Shown here: piece by piece, positions 25,316 through 37,900 of the stretch
Layout: every line of letters starts with the position of its first letter
Numbering within the stretch: position 1 is the stretch's first letter
The notes under the pieces: model-generated
The model's database searches: none
What the model saw: only the letters and a program-made list of their open reading frames with translations
Told to the model about the DNA's origin: nothing
Translations under genes and position numbers: made by a program
Origin: Glaucostegus cemiculus
Taxonomy: Eukaryota
DNA: 64,000 bases
Direction: 5' to 3'
Assembly: GCA_976551045.1 (NCBI GenBank)
Contig: CDPCPM010000050.1
Location: 10,788,001-10,852,000, forward strand

Positions 25316-26259
25316 CTTAGATCAATTTCAAGTCACCCCAAGAGTACAAGCTCACTTCTCAGCAAGAACCTCAGCCCCAGTGCAAGTACAATCTGTCCAT
25401 CTTGTGCATGTGTCCCTTCCCTTACAACTGGTCTCAGTGGTCTAATAATCTAAAACCCTATATCTTGCACCACTTTTTCATGTGTTAGGTTCTTTCAACT
25501 CTATCAAAGTATGTTTGTGTAATGCAAGTCAATTAAAGTTAGCCAGTTAACTTTGAATTATTACTGCCTCATCTTATTTAATAATGATTTTATTCTATGC
25601 AATATCTCTATTACTCCTTATTTACTGGGATATTAATTTCACAATCATATTAGTGACTCCCAAATTTCCTTCAGCTCTTCAGTCATTTTAACTACTTCCA
25701 AAAGAAAATATAGTTTAAGATCCCTGTCTCAACAGTCATTTAGCAATATCTTTTTCAAAACATTTAAAGATAATTTTCATTTTGCATTTATGTTAGTTCT
25801 AATTGTTTATGAATTTCTCTTTCCTTCTTCCATTATCCTTCAATTTTCCCTCAAAATATTTATGTTCTGGCTTTTGACTGCCATTTTTAGTAAACCAATT
25901 TCAGTTGTATTTTAATCTTTGTGCCTTTTCATTCAGGAAGTATTGGTTTGCTCTGTCTTTCCCCCTTATGGGAATATGTTTGGTTTGTATTCAAACAATC
26001 TTTTTATTCAAATGTTGCCTTAGTTTATTTAACTTCATTGCTCAATCAATGTTTCCAGTGGAAATGTAGTACATTGAAGATCAGTGGATACCTCACAATA
26101 TCGATTATCATGAGGTGGAAATTCTTTTGAAGCATGTTTGACAAAATGCGAAAGAAAAGAATTAGTGCTATTCAGTGTTCATATCAGAGCACACTGCCAA
26201 CAAAAACTGCTCAGCGTGTTACAATCATGTAAATTTTTAGGTTAAAGACCAATTGATTT

Positions 26260-26536
26260 TCAATCCTAGAGGACATGCATTTAAAATGAGAGGGGGAAAG
26301 TCTACAGATGTGTGGGTCAAGTTTTTTACATAGAGAGTGGTAGGTGCCTTTGAACATGCCGCCAGGGGTAGAGGTGGAAGCAGACATGATAGTGGCATTA
26401 AAGAGGCTTTTTGATAACATATGCAGGGAATGGAGGGATAGGGATCATGTACAGGCAGAAGAGATTTAGTTTAATTTGGCACAGACATTGTGGGCTGAAG
26501 GGCCTTTTCCTGTGCTTTACTGTTCTATGTTCTATG
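26260..26536 (+). mobile_element. CR1 LINE 3' end
   Basis: RGHAFKMRGGK motif, then GGGCTGAAGGGCC...CTGTGCT and a terminal (TTCTATG)n repeat. Confidence 0.8.
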
Positions 26537-26579
26537 ACTTGGCTTGAGAAATTCTAAAATTAACACAGTGCATTAGAGA

Positions 26580-29500
26580 CATACCTTGATAGAGTTGAAA
26601 GGACTTGGCACGAGGAAAGGTGGTGCAGGCTCTAAGGTTTTTGATTATTGGAGCATTGGGACCATTCGTGCGAGGTTGGACACATGTAAAAGATGGGCAG
26701 GTTGCATCTGAATCAACATTGCCAGGACTGAGGTTCTCGCTGAGGAATTAGATACGACCGTTGGGGTGGATTTAACCTAATTTGGTAGTGGGAGTGCACC
26801 TAGAAAATATTGGAAGAGTATTAAAAAAATCAGAGGACTGAAAGATATGAAGGAATATAATTAGAACCAGCTGAAAAATTGGAGGGAGCATTGAGGAAAA
26901 CATCAAAATTAAATATGCATGAATTAAGTTGTATGTAAGTCATTGCCTGCAGTGTGAAAACAAGCCACAATTGCTGCATAGGATTATAACATGATTAGAT
27001 TAATAGTGACATGGCTCAAACAAGGTCAGGAGCAGGCCCATAATATTTCTAACTACAAAGTATTCAGGAATGATAGAGGGGAATAAAAGAGGCATGGCTG
27101 CATTGATTAAGGACAGTGTTTGAAATATAAAGCATTTACTGAATGGTTCTAGAGTAATCGATTCAGTCAAGTAGAATGGGAGCTGCTTTTTGTTACAGGG
27201 GTCTAAAGAGTGAAAGAGAGAGAGAGGAGAAATTGTACAGAAAACTTTTGATGATGTGACAAAAATAGAGTAATACAAGAAGACTTTAATTACCCGAATG
27301 TAGCTTGGGAAAATGTAATGTTAAGGGAGAGAAAGAAGGGAATTTCTAAAATGTGCCTGAGAGGATCTTTTTCCATCAATTAGCCTACAACACAACAAGA
27401 TAGGAAGCAGTATTGACTTAGTTCTTGAAAATGATTAAGTGTAAGTAGAAATTATTGCAGGAACAGATCAACTAGCTGGCTACAAAGATAAAAACAGAAA
27501 ATCTGGAAACACATAGTAAGTCAGGCAGCATCTGTGAAAAGAGAAACAGAGCTAATATTTCAGGCCTCAGACACTCCTAGAGAGGTGGCTATCCTTAAAA
27601 TGACCAAAGCACTCCCCAATCTCTTGGGTCATAAAATACACCACTCAGATGTCCAAACAGAATAGAGCTGGGAAAGATAGAAAACAAGTTAGTTTTAAGT
27701 TGCTAAGAAACTGGGGGAGGAATGGAGAGGAAAAAGAGAATGTCACTTATAAGGTGAGGCCAGGGTTGCTGTGGGAATAAGTTGTAGAGGTCACTTGGTC
27801 AATAAGTTAATGTGAGCAGTTAGAGAGACAGACAGACAGAGAGAGACAGAGAGAGAGAGAAATGGGAGCAGAAAAAGAGAGAGAAAGAAACAGAATAAAG
27901 CTGTGAGATGAGGGCAGTTAAAAAGTGTAAATCCCAGCAAATGAACACGTAATGGTGTGAAACGCAGGGCTGTAGTCATGCCGAGCAGGTCCAGCTGTTC
28001 TAATGAGAAAAGAGAAACTGACCCAATATCATACATGGGTGACTATTGGCAGAAACAAAAACAATAGAAATTGACACAGGCAGAGAAGCAAATTACCTAA
28101 AGTTGTAGAATTTGACATTGAATCTGGAAGGCTGCATCATTCTGAAATGTAAGATATGGTATTCTTACTCAACTTTGCACCTGGTATTGTTATAACAATA
28201 CTAGACACCACAGATGGATAGGCCAAAAGTGGAGTGAGGTTAGAAAATTAAAGTGGCAGGCAATAGGGAGCTCTGAGTTGCCCCTGCAGACTGAGTGCAG
28301 GTACTCTGCAAGGCAGTCACCCAATCTGCGTTTGGTTTCTCCAGTACAGAGGAGAGTTCACTATGTAAACTGAATGCAGAATGGAAGAAGGGCAAATGAA
28401 TTGTGCTTCATTTGAAAGACTGCTTGTGTCCATGGATGATGGGAAGGGAAGAGATAAAAGAAGACAATGATATAGTTGTTTGGGTTCGACTTTCATGAAA
28501 ATAAGATGACATTATTTAGAGTAATTATGGAACTACCAAAACTAAACTGCTCAACTGGCTAAGAGCTGATCTCAATGCCTCAGGAAGTGACTTTGCACAG
28601 ATAGACTGGTAAAGTTGATTGCAAGCTAAAGTAATTTTTGGGGAATGGAAGACAAACAAAGAAGAGATTGTTCAGATATAGACAAGAAATTTTTTTGAAG
28701 GTGAAAGGCAAAATATCAACAAATAATGCACCGTTGATAACAAATGAAATGAAAGTTAAAATAAAACAGAAAAAAGGGAGACTTATGACAAAGATTAGGA
28801 GCCAAATTTAGTAAACAACCTGGAAAATTATGGTAATTACAGGAAGAATTTGAAAAAATGTATATAGGATGCAAAGGGAGTTTTGAAGGAAATATTAGCA
28901 AGCACGGAACTCTACTAAATTAAACTGAACCTACTGAGTTAAATTGAACCCTAATAAATTAGAAACATTTATTGGACAAGGGGTTAGCTATTGAAAAACA
29001 GAGCCTGGTGACTATCCAAGGGGAAATACTTTTGTAGAGGCATTGGTTAAATATCAAGCATCTACTTAGCTTCTTCTTCACAATAGAAGTTGATGATATG
29101 GTTTGTATTGAAAGGGCAGAGAGAAGGACAGGATTATAGTAGAAAGAATACTGATAATAGTAGATTTATTAAAAGTTGACAAGTCACTTAAGTCCTGATG
29201 GAAGGTAGTTTATGTTACATAGTGATCAAGAAAGTGGGGGACAAATTACTTAGGAAGCTACAGTCTAGTCAGCCAAGCAATACTGGTGGGGAAATTATAG
29301 TAAATCAGTGACGGGCAGAATACGTTTTCATTTCTAAAGGCATTGGGCTAAGCAAGGAGGTATGTGTGGCATTATTTAAGAAATGTATCTGACTAATTGC
29401 ATACTTTGTTGAGATAATGGAGAACATTGATCAAGGAATGCAACTGGCATATGGAGTTTTGGAAAGCATTTGATAAACAATCACACAGAAGGCTTATTAA

Positions 29501-29720
29501 AAAACAAGAAGATCACAGAGTTAAAGGAAACTGATTTTATTGATGCAAGATTAGCTAACTTGCAAAGATGATGATAGTCAATGCAATAAATAATTTTGAA
29601 ATGGTTTTGGATGGGTATTTCAGGATGAAGAACTTGCAAGATTATTGACTACCGTGAGGATTGTGGGACCACATGTGACTGTTCTTTTAAAGAACCAACA
29701 CTGGAACGTCTATACTGTGC
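26580..29720 (+). mobile_element. Old CR1 LINE (endonuclease and RT remnants), split by a Penelope insertion
   Basis: APE-like EDFNYPNVAWE at about 27279 and RT-like MEFWKAFDKQSHRRL at about 29451, with many stops and frameshifts. Confidence 0.6.
27490..28460 (-). mobile_element. Penelope-like retroelement remnant (GIY-YIG endonuclease plus pseudo-LTR)
   Basis: The minus strand 28354-28247 translates LLCTGETKRRLGDCLAEYLHSVCRGNSELPIACHFN (YIGET.R.L..R..EH motif). A pseudo-LTR unit lies at 27490-27570. Confidence 0.8.
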
Positions 29721-30049
29721 TTTTCTGAGTTCTATGGCTATGAACTCCTGGTTCTTCATTACCTACCTGCATTCAATGTAGGAGCTAATAAAATGAGGTG
29801 AACAATCAGGCTCTCAACAGGAAATGCAGGCTCCAAGAACATTCTTATTTGCCACCATAATGGAACACATAAGTACAATAGCAAAAACAAAGTTTTGTTG
29901 TCCTACTCAGTATCATTATGAGGCTCTACCATCACAGATTCCTGGGTCAATCATCATGGCTATCGTATTGAAGACTAATGTATCAGGGCTTACATTTGTT
30001 CAGCAATGTGGAGAATTGCCTATGCATATCCAGCCACAAAATAAATAGA

Positions 30050-31490
30050 TAAAATAAATATAACCCCACCAGTTACTGCCATATCAACTTATGATTATAC
30101 GTAAATTTATGAAAGGAGTCAATAATGTCATTAAATAAACCTACTTGATCAATAAACTACTTAGTTTGGATTCCATCAAATCCATGACACCAATAATCAT
30201 CACAGTTTCAATCAGACATAGAATCAAGAGCTGACAGCCAGAGGGAAAGTAGATAATCACTTACAGTATTAGGGCAGCATTTAATCAAGTTTGATAATCA
30301 TATCACCAGCAAAAGTGAAGGCTTTGAGTCAAAGGGAAATCACTCTGATGGCTGGAATTATTTCCAATACAAATGTGGTTGGCTGTATTGGTAGGAAGCA
30401 ACCCATGGAATCCTAAGACCTCATTGGTGGAGTATGCAAGATAAATGTTTCAGTCCAACTGTACAGAAATTTCTCATCAATTACATTCTTTCCTATGAAT
30501 TTGGTTGTTCGTTGACAATTCATTTGTATTCAGCCCCCTTCAGAAAACCTCATTCCAAAAGGTAGGTCATGAAAACCTACAGCATGACCTGGATAACACT
30601 CAAACTTGGGCTGGAAGTTTTGGGACCACCATCATGCTACATAAGTGCCAGATAATCATTTCCTCAAATAAAAGAAAGTTAAGTAATGAATCTATATCAT
30701 CAATAGCATCACCAGCACCAGATCTTCCATTACCAGCAATATGGATGAATCACGACAAGCAGAAACTAAACTGGATCAGGTGTACAAAAATCATGATTCA
30801 AGAACCTGGATACACAGCAATCTGATTCATCTCTTAGGCACTCCAAACTTTTTTATCTACACATAACTCATCTGGAATTTGATGGAATAAAGTAGTGCCT
30901 TAGCAAAAGGGACTTCAATGGGAATGGGGAAAACTCACCACTCTAGTCATAACTTGCACACAGATTGCTGAAAGGAAATCATCTCAACATCAGAACTAGA
31001 GGTCCTAGACCTAATTACCTTCAGCTGCTTCATCAACAGCCTGCCTGCATAACGGGGTTAGAAATGTGGATCTATGGTGAGAAATCCCATTCACAATTCC
31101 TTCCTAAATAGCGCAGCCCATGCCTATATGCAGCAGGACCTTATCAGCTTTCAGTTGGCATCCACATCTGACAGGTGCCTGGCAATAGTGATTTCCAATT
31201 CCAGGCATCAAAATCTTTGGGGTGGGTGCAGTATTTGAGAGAATGGGGTTATATGGTGATCAGAAAGAATTTAACAATCCACATAAATACCATAGCTCAC
31301 TTTTGGACTTCCAAGGCATGGCTGGATGGAATGCACCTGACTTGAGTGCAGCTCCAATAAAGCTCAGGAAGATCAACACCATCCAGGACAATACAATTCA
31401 CCTGCTTAGCACTTCATTCTCCTTCTTAAATGTTCACACTCTCCACCAATGACACACCATGACTGTAGTGAATGACATGTGCAAGTTGCA
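30050..31490 (+). mobile_element. Degenerate L2/CR1-group LINE ORF2 remnants (two overlapping pieces)
   Basis: RT-like remnants (AAFNQV, LFVDN, LQHDLDNTQTWA) and AAPIKLRKINTIQD near 31350-31390. Confidence 0.5.
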
Positions 31491-31494
31491 TTAC

Positions 31495-31735
31495 TAGAAG
31501 TTCTGCTCTCAGAGCCTTGTGGCTCTGTAGAATTCTGTACTATAGAGAGCTGTGGAGGTGGAGTCATTGAACATATTTAAGGAGGAGAATGACAGATAAT
31601 TGAACTGCAGCTTGATCAACAGGTGAGAGGGGTAGTGGGGAATTAAGGTAAAGTTTTGCTCAGCCAATACTTATTAAGTAGTGGAACAGACTTGATGAGC
31701 TACTTTCCTGCTCTTATTTCTTATCTTCTGATGTT
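31495..31735 (+). mobile_element. CR1 LINE 3' end
   Basis: GAGAGCTGTGGAGGTGGAGTCATTGAACATATTTAAGGAGGAG...GTGGAACAGACTTGATGAGC...TCCTGCTC, ending in a TCTTAT-type tail. Confidence 0.65.
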
Positions 31736-31839
31736 CTACAACTTGGCTATGCTTCTTTAACAGCTCTTCCTAAAATACAACTTCTGCTGCCTAAATGGAC
31801 AATGACACATACACATGAGAATTCCATCAACCCAAAGTT

Positions 31840-32515
31840 CCTCTCTCCTCCCCATTCCTACCCCAGCATGTCTGTCCTCAGCCTCCTTCACTGTCAGGGT
31901 GAGGCCAAATGCCAGCTGGAAGAACAACACCTCATATTCTGCCAGGATAGTCTGCAACCCAATGGCATGAATATTGAATTCTCCAATTTTAGGTAACCTG
32001 CTCTCCCTCTGTCCCTTACTCTCTCCTTCTGATCTACCCAGGCCCTCTCACATACACCCTTCTTTCCAACTGACCCCCCTCCCCAAAACCTTTATCTTGA
32101 GGTTTCTTTCCCCTCCCCCACCTCCATCTGCCCATCACCCTCCCACTGAGTACCCGCCCCTTACTGTTCTTATCTACCAACCATACTTCCCTTATATGGC
32201 TCCTCTTCACCTTCTTAATCTTAATCAGATTCCATAATCTGCAGTCCTTTGTTGCCTCCACCTGTCACCATCCAGCCTCGATTGCATCTCCACCCTTCCC
32301 TCCCCCACCTGGGTCCACTGATCAGTTACCAACTCTGCCCCAGCCTCTCCCTCTATACTTTATACTGGCTGCCTCCCCACTACTCTTGATGAAGGACTTC
32401 AACCCAAAATGTCTCTGTCCATTTCCCTCTATAGGGATGCAGTCTGACTTGTGGCGTTCCCCCAGTAGTTCCTTTTTGCCTCCACATTCCAACATCTGCA
32501 GTTTTATGTGTCTCT
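31840..32515 (+). mobile_element. Penelope-like element 3' end (GIY-YIG C-terminus, C-rich 3' region, pseudo-LTR with decayed HHR)
   Basis: MSVLSLLHCQGEAKCQLEEQHLIFCQDSLQPNGMNIEFSNFR* ends at 31996. TTGATGAAGGACTTCAACCCAAAATGTC lies at 32386. Confidence 0.8.
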
Positions 32516-34804
32516 ATCTGGTAGCTGCTCTCCTTCTTGTAATCTTACAATCTTTCAAAATAATTCTTACATTCTACATGGGGAAGACATTTCCACAATG
32601 CTGTTAAGTAGGAGTTCCAGTATTTCTACACAGGGCATAACAATGTCTGTCAGAGTTCGGTGTGCCTTGGAGAGGTATCTTGTGCCTTTTTGGTCAATAT
32701 CCCTGAATTTTCCATCCTGAGAAAACCATCGCCATAAGGTTCAAGGAAAATTTCTGCCAATTTCTCACTACAAGAAGAGATGTTCAATAAATGCCACCTC
32801 ACTAATGTTTCCATATTCCAAGAGAAAACAAAGCTAACATGCAGTAGAAGATTATTCCATGGTTACAGATGAGGAAGAACATTCAGGAAGAAAACTAATC
32901 CTCGCATCGAGACCAAATTTATAGCTCCTCACATTGCTCTATCCAAATGTTCCATAACTAATTCCAATTTTAATTCTCAATTGCTGAATTGTTGACTACT
33001 ACTTCTGTGAAGAATTTCATACCTTGTTAAATTTACCATCAACAACTTTGACTTCTTTTGTTAAGCCTAATGTTGCAGATCAACCTGAAATAATGCTCCA
33101 GATTTATCTTTCCTGTACTAGTGTCTGTTCTGCACAATCAGCCATCTTCTGTCAAGATTCCAAATCCAATTCGTCCCTCCAAGTCAATTGTTTGATGCTA
33201 GGGATCAGTTTTAGAACATCACTGCCTTCCCAGTGTCTTTATGATTAAAAATCACACAATTTTCAAGTGAGACTGTGAATAGAACACTTTTATCATTTCA
33301 GGATGATACCTTCTGGTCTGTTCCCTATTTGTTTAACTACCATGCTCACCGTTCACTAAATACTTCTTCATTCTTTTTAGATACATCAAATACTCAATAG
33401 GTCAGTATTGCCATATCTCCGTCATCTTTAGTTAGTTCATTCCCATACATGAGAGAAAAGCCTGATTTTTATTCTAATGTACAATGCTTTACACATATCT
33501 TTTTGAATTACATCACCACTTAATCTGGAATGCATGCATTTTATTTAATATAATTTGTTGTTCTTAGAGATTTGTTCAGATCCAACTGCCACTCCCCCAT
33601 TTTTTTCCTGTATGGGAATCTAGTTAATATATAATGAGGTTAGAAATTAAGGTGATTTAAAACAAAAACAGCAAAGTTATTGCATCATAAATACCTATGC
33701 ACTTGATCCAGCACTTTTTTCAATCTTACCCCTACATTAAAAGTCCATTATACCCAACACTGCAGGTTATTTTCTCATTCATATCAAGTATTTTCTTCCC
33801 TTGAAGCAGAATCATTGTGAGCCAACAGTTTTCACCCAAAACTTTACCAAAAGAGTTCAGAAAGTACAGGTGCACTTCTTCATATTTCTTCAAAAAAAAC
33901 CCAGAGCTTTGTAAACCAAGATATACAATTTCTGTAGCTGTTATTTATTATAATTATTATTATCTTGTGTTTTCCTCAGGATTACTCTTGGTAGACTTGT
34001 TTATAAAAATGGTATTAGTTTAAATCTAATAAAATCTAATAAAATATATTTCACTGCCTTTTCTGCCTTCCTTATCATAATCTAAACAAATTAAATATTT
34101 TGAGATGTTTGTAATAGGAAATTAGTTTTTTAGTTACAAATAACCTTTTATTTTTACAAATAACTGCAGATGAGGGTGAATAAAGTTGGGAGGAATTACA
34201 TAATAGAGCATCTGTGGTGGAATTTAAACACTGACCTCCATTATGAATTACCAATACATGAACTTTGAACCTGGGCATCTAGAATTTGTGGCACAACAGA
34301 TTCTGCAAAGAAATGAAACATAATCCTATAGAAACAGAAAAATGCTATTTTTCTGTGTGCTGGGTTGCAGCTTGGACAAAAATAATATGGCCAGAAATTT
34401 AGCTCCTAAAGTGACAACCTAGATGGTCCTGTTTTAACAGATTTTGTGAAAATCTAAAAATCGTTGATAACAGTGTATAGGCTAATGTGTTGGAGATGGA
34501 GTGGGGCATGTGACTCAAAACAATCATTGCACAGAAAACAACGTTAATGTACTCTTTAAAAAGAGCCTATTTAAAAAGTGGAGAACAGAGAAAACGAGAT
34601 CATAGAAATTCAATTCACAGGAGGAGGCCGTTCAGCCCATCGTCTATATACAAGCCAGAAACTGAGATAATGAGGTTACTCCTTCTTACCGTGTCTCAAT
34701 CCATATCTTCAGGTTACGTGTCCGCAAGTGCCCATCCAGGTATATATATATATATTTTAAAACATTACGGCAGTTTCTTCTTCTGTAATTTCCAGTTCCA
34801 CTTC

Positions 34805-34920
34805 CAGCTTCTGATGAAGATTCCTCTGTTTCTTTTCCCACAGATACTCCCTGACCTGCCGTGTTTCCAACATTTTCAGTTTATATTTCAGATTTCCAGT
34901 ACCTGCAGTTTTGTTTTTCT
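34805..34920 (+). mobile_element. Internally deleted Penelope pseudo-LTR copy
   Basis: CTGATGAAG(34811)...CTGTTTCTTTTCCCACAGATACTCCCTGACCTG...CAGATTTCCAGTACCTGCAG. Confidence 0.65.
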
Positions 34921-37900
34921 TTTCACTAACTTTATCGCAAAATGCAGCTCTTTAGAAATTGGGCTGATACTGGCCTGATTCACATCACACCATTAGAGCT
35001 GGCAACCAGAGGAAGCAGTGGCTCAGTGTGCCATCCAGCAGCTACTACCTTTGGAATTTAGTGTGTTTATTGAGTGAGCTTAAAGAGGGTGGGAGGAAGA
35101 TCTAATAGTATAAATACCACGTTTAACCAGTAACGCTTAAATAGTCTGAGCTATTAATAGCATGGAGTATATCATGAAATGTTCGTTTCTACCCATCTGA
35201 ATTAAGCTTTGAAACATACCTTTCGCACATTGCCTCTTACTGGATATCTCAAGAACGGGTTTGTATAAGTGTTTGCATTTGATTCGGCTAACAAGTCTTG
35301 CGCTCGAATACTCCACTTGCCAGTGAGGAGGTGGGGTGCGCATGTGCTGGGCATGGACGGATGGGAGGGGGCGGGGGAGTTGCATTCCAAACTTGGCACA
35401 CGAAGAACAAGAACAAAACTGAGTTGTTCACAGATGATATCGGCTATCTCCACTTCATTCTCTGTCTCCGCTGATACATATGCAGCGAATCTAATTTTCC
35501 CCATCGACTGACCTAACACTTTTCCTATCCAAAAGGTAAGTTCTATTTTCTTTGGGAAGATCTCAGTGAAAGGATCTGTCGAACAGAAAGCTAATTTATT
35601 AAGCAACGAAACAATATCTTAACTACCATTTGTTTGGGTCTTTCACATTTGAGCCTTGTTACTGGATTTGGAACGTCTACACACGTATCACTGATACTAA
35701 TTTCGTTTTGCTTTGTGTAAAATAATGAGTAATAGAAAGTAAGAGGATGATTTTTATCAGACACCCCGACAGAATTTTTACTGTTGTACTCACCAAACTT
35801 TAGCCTTCCCACTATTTTATGTTTTCGAATTGAATTTTATATCTGACAACTCGGGTAGAACTTGAAAATTTCTGAATAGTCGTGAGTAGTTTATTTTGCC
35901 TGATAGAATGTTACGACCCGTGATGCTATAGAAACAGCCATTCCAAATCATTGGCGAGCAGTTATTCCACGAATTTTGCAAACTGTTGGTCTGGAGGCAA
36001 TATAGAACTTACCACTGAAGTTCAAAACAATCCGAGGTCTCGCCATCCATGCACAAAACAGGGGCAATTAACTGATTTTCTATGTAGTGGAAACTAGTTG
36101 GTAACGCGTGGAGAACGAGAAAGAAAGACACTCAAGACTTCTCCGTTTGCAAGGATAGGGCTACGATGCCTTGATTTCAAACATAAAAACAACAATAATC
36201 TATTTTTTTTAATTTAAAGAAAAGATGTCGGTCAGCTCAGCTAACGTGGAGTCATTAACGCAGTGGGCTGGCTGGACCATTACACTTGTTGGTATAATTC
36301 TAGCTTCAAACGTCTTGCATAGTAACGAGACAGCCGCAGGCGCTGGCTTTAACATCCGATAGGTAATGGTTTGCCTTTGCTAGAATCTTGCTACTAATTT
36401 AAGATTTAATTTTAAAAAAAACTACGCTCTCGGATTTAATGTAGGAATCCTTCAGAACACAATCACTGTAAACCGAACTAAGATGAATTGCAATACCTTA
36501 ACATGGAACTAACATTTAACATTGCAACTTGGGTTCACTGCATTCCATTCTCCCGCAAAGATTTCTTGTTCAGCGTGCTCCGTGAAAAGGGGATCACACT
36601 CAATAGCGTTGAACAATAAAAAAAACAAATTTCGTTTTTAGATCATTTCTCATTTATTCAGGCTCAATTCTTGGCCATAGATCGCTGAAGTAGAAGTAAA
36701 GGGATGGTTTATAGAACCGCAGCAATCTTATTAACTTAAACTACAGCTTCACCAGCACTATTTAAATTCTCGGAGGTTGAGTTCCCATTGTAAAAGGAAG
36801 AAAAGACAGCTGTGTATGGAAGGTGTATGAATTCGTGGTTGACTTATCTATGAAGTTGTTGTCGCTGATGGCTCTATTACATATAAATATAAGCAAATAT
36901 TTGGACAACTCCGGAGTACTGGAAGTGCGCTGTACGGATAACTTGTGCAGAGCAACATAAATTTTCAAATGTTGTGATAGAATACGCAAAAAGTCTTTGC
37001 TGGGCAGCCTTGATTTGTCATTTACCAAAGCTCTCAAATCACATGAGATTTAGTGTATTTTAAGAAAAATAATCTTTGAGTTTGTTAAATGTCTTGGGCT
37101 CTGCAGTGAAAGCGATATCTTTTAAAGATACAGTGGGAAAAATACCGTGGCAAGTCTGATACCCGGGTTAATGGCATTTTCCTAAAGTGACCATGACTTC
37201 TTAGAACAGAAATCCCGAGGAAAAGGGACTTTCATTTAACAAGCCTCAGGAAATCCCAGGTCGCTCCTATAATCAATAAAGTGTTTTGTTGTGAAATGTG
37301 GCCACTGTTAAAACGTGACAGACTTGACGATCCATTTTCACACAATGCCCATCAGACGAATTATCCATGTTGCTGTGCCTCCGCTGATTTACCAAATATT
37401 GAAGAATTTTGGTCCTCGTTATGTTAACTTGGATGTCCAGCCATTAATAATTGTTAGGATATTGTTGAATCGCCAGCTTGCTGAATTGCCATGCGGAGGA
37501 GGAAAGATACCCTTGGGAGATGAAGGAAATGTGATAGGTGGAGGCTTAAAGAACCATTATCACGTTGGCTGATTTTATGTCGCTGCAATTTTGGTGACTA
37601 GCAATGTGTGCATTTACAATGAATAAACAACAAAGAATTTCCCTTTAAAAATAAATAGATTGATTCGCTGTTTAAGATCAACAGACGACAGAATACAGCT
37701 TGAAATGCAAAGATACACGCAAATCTGAACTATAATCGAGCCTTGAATAAACTTTTGAAAAGTAAGGTAAAATGTAATTCAAACGTTGGCCAAAACTATT
37801 CCGATGTAGTAGAAAAGGCTTTGCTATTATAATTTTCTTTCGATTATGAATCCATTTATTTTAGTTCCACAATTTGGACTTACTTTCTAAATCTCCTGAA

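Noticed and set aside
27490-32515. Intact or domesticated GIY-YIG nuclease gene
   Set aside because: Both pieces are short, on opposite strands, and have lost catalytic residues or carry stops. They are decayed Penelope fragments.
34547-34978. 143-aa ORF
   Set aside because: It runs through a CR1-like tail, a (TA)n run and a Penelope pseudo-LTR, so it is repeat-derived.
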